This document shows, piece after piece, positions 63,093 through 64,000 of a stretch of 64,000 nucleotides of DNA (its first letter is position 1; each line of letters starts with the position of its first letter). The notes under the pieces were generated by a model. That model saw only the letters and a list, made by a program, of their open reading frames with translations, was not told where the DNA came from and did no database searches. The DNA comes from an uncultured Gemmatimonadales bacterium (lineage in GTDB: Bacteria; Gemmatimonadota; Gemmatimonadetes; Gemmatimonadales; GWC2-71-9), in contig CAVUAK010000001.1 in NCBI GenBank assembly GCA_963739455.1, positions 288,001 to 352,000 of the forward strand, read 5' to 3'. The position numbers were made by a program, and so were the translations under genes.

Positions 63093-63544
63093 ATGCGCAG
63101 CGCGTCCTCGAGTGCGCCCGCGTCGCCCGCGCCGAGCAGGTGCATCGCGTCGTCGAGGCAGCGCACTTCGCGCGGCCAGGAGAACCGGCGCCTGGCCTCG
63201 TCCAGCGGCAGCCAGGCAAACGCATCGTGTTCCTCGCTCAGCGTCACCGCGCCCTGGTCCACGAAAGCCGCGAACACCCCCACCAGCGTCACGGTATCGG
63301 TCTTGTGGAGGTAGAAGCTCTCCACCCTGCTCAGGTTGTACAGGCGGTCCGGGACGAACCCCGTCTCTTCCTTGAGCTCACGCAATGCGGCAGTGGCCGG
63401 TGGTTCTCCCGGGTCCAGCTTGCCGTGCACCATTTCCCATGAGCCGGGCGACCGTCCGGTTGCGCGCCGAAGCAGCAGGCATTCGAACGCCGCGCCGCTG
63501 CGGCGGAGTACCAGCACGTCCACCAGCGTGATGCCGCTGCTCAT
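63086..63544 (-). CDS. NUDIX hydrolase (NudB-like)
   Basis: LLLRR..GSW..V.GK..GE....AA.RE..EETG Nudix box; LSEEH..FAW. Confidence 0.88.
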   Translation of the reverse strand: MSSGITLVDVLVLRRSGAAFECLLLRRATGRSPGSWEMVHGKLDPGEPPATAALRELKEETGFVPDRLYNLSRVESFYLHKTDTVTLVGVFAAFVDQGAVTLSEEHDAFAWLPLDEARRRFSWPREVRCLDDAMHLLGAGDAGALEDALRIC

Positions 63545-64000
63545 GGGTTCCACCGCGCGAAGGCATCCAGAAGTGCCAGCCCCGCGCGCTGCGACTTCTC
63601 CGGGTGGAACTGTGCTCCCAGCACGTTGTCGTGGCCCACGAGTGTCGGAAAGACCTCGCCATAGTCGGCGGTGGCGAGCACGTCACTGGCCGGAACGCCG
63701 TGCGGATGGTAGCTGTGGACATGGTAGAAGAACGGCGGCTCGCCCTCGAACAACTGGGAGACGCCGGCGTGAACCCTTCCCGCACCGGTGCCCTCGACGC
63801 GCGCCCAGCCGACATGCGGTACCGGAAGGCCAGGGCGGAACTTCACCACCTCGCCCTCGAGCAGCCCCAGCCCGGCGGCATCGGGCGCCTCCTCGCTCGT
63901 CGCGAAGAAGAGCTGGAGGCCGAGACAGATGCCCAGCACCGGACGTCCCGCGGCACTCACCTCACGCACCGCATCACCCAGCCCGCTGGTCCTCAGGTTC
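63541..64000 (-). CDS. hisH: Imidazole glycerol phosphate synthase glutaminase subunit, 5'-truncated by window edge
   Basis: GICLGLQ, VPHVGW, YHVHSY, QFHPEKS. Confidence 0.95.
   Translation of the reverse strand, partial: NLRTSGLGDAVREVSAAGRPVLGICLGLQLFFATSEEAPDAAGLGLLEGEVVKFRPGLPVPHVGWARVEGTGAGRVHAGVSQLFEGEPPFFYHVHSYHPHGVPASDVLATADYGEVFPTLVGHDNVLGAQFHPEKSQRAGLALLDAFARWNP

Overview
GC-rich bacterial chromosomal window. By inference it is probably Gemmatimonadota: it has an expansion of Hanks kinase-TM-TolB_N-like-TPR genes, diderm TonB receptors and high GC. Housekeeping loci: U32 gene, dnaK-degP, tRNA-Leu(TAG), tig-clpP-clpX-engB, hisH-NUDIX-hisF. Accessory modules: an ABC importer operon with an embedded STAS-domain protein; three tandem paralogous Ser/Thr kinases, a divergent PP2C and a fourth kinase; a GGDEF protein; an ABC ATPase with an ABC-2/M1 peptidase fusion and a LytS/LytTR pair; a cobalamin-riboswitch-controlled btu operon; a subclass B3 metallo-beta-lactamase; and a TonB receptor/FN3 lipoprotein pair with 11-bp-periodic upstream boxes. 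About 15 single-base frameshifts, many in conserved housekeeping genes, most likely reflect unpolished long-read sequence. The most unusual signal is a lone four-helix-bundle (23S-IVP/Avd-like) gene bracketed by inverted arrays of a 9-bp repeat that start at the stop codons of both neighbours. The same repeat occurs as cargo-free hairpins after dnaK and elsewhere, and in frame inside the kinase genes. Further 7-, 8- and 21-bp arrays also begin at or near stop codons. All family assignments come from motif recognition by eye; no searches were run.
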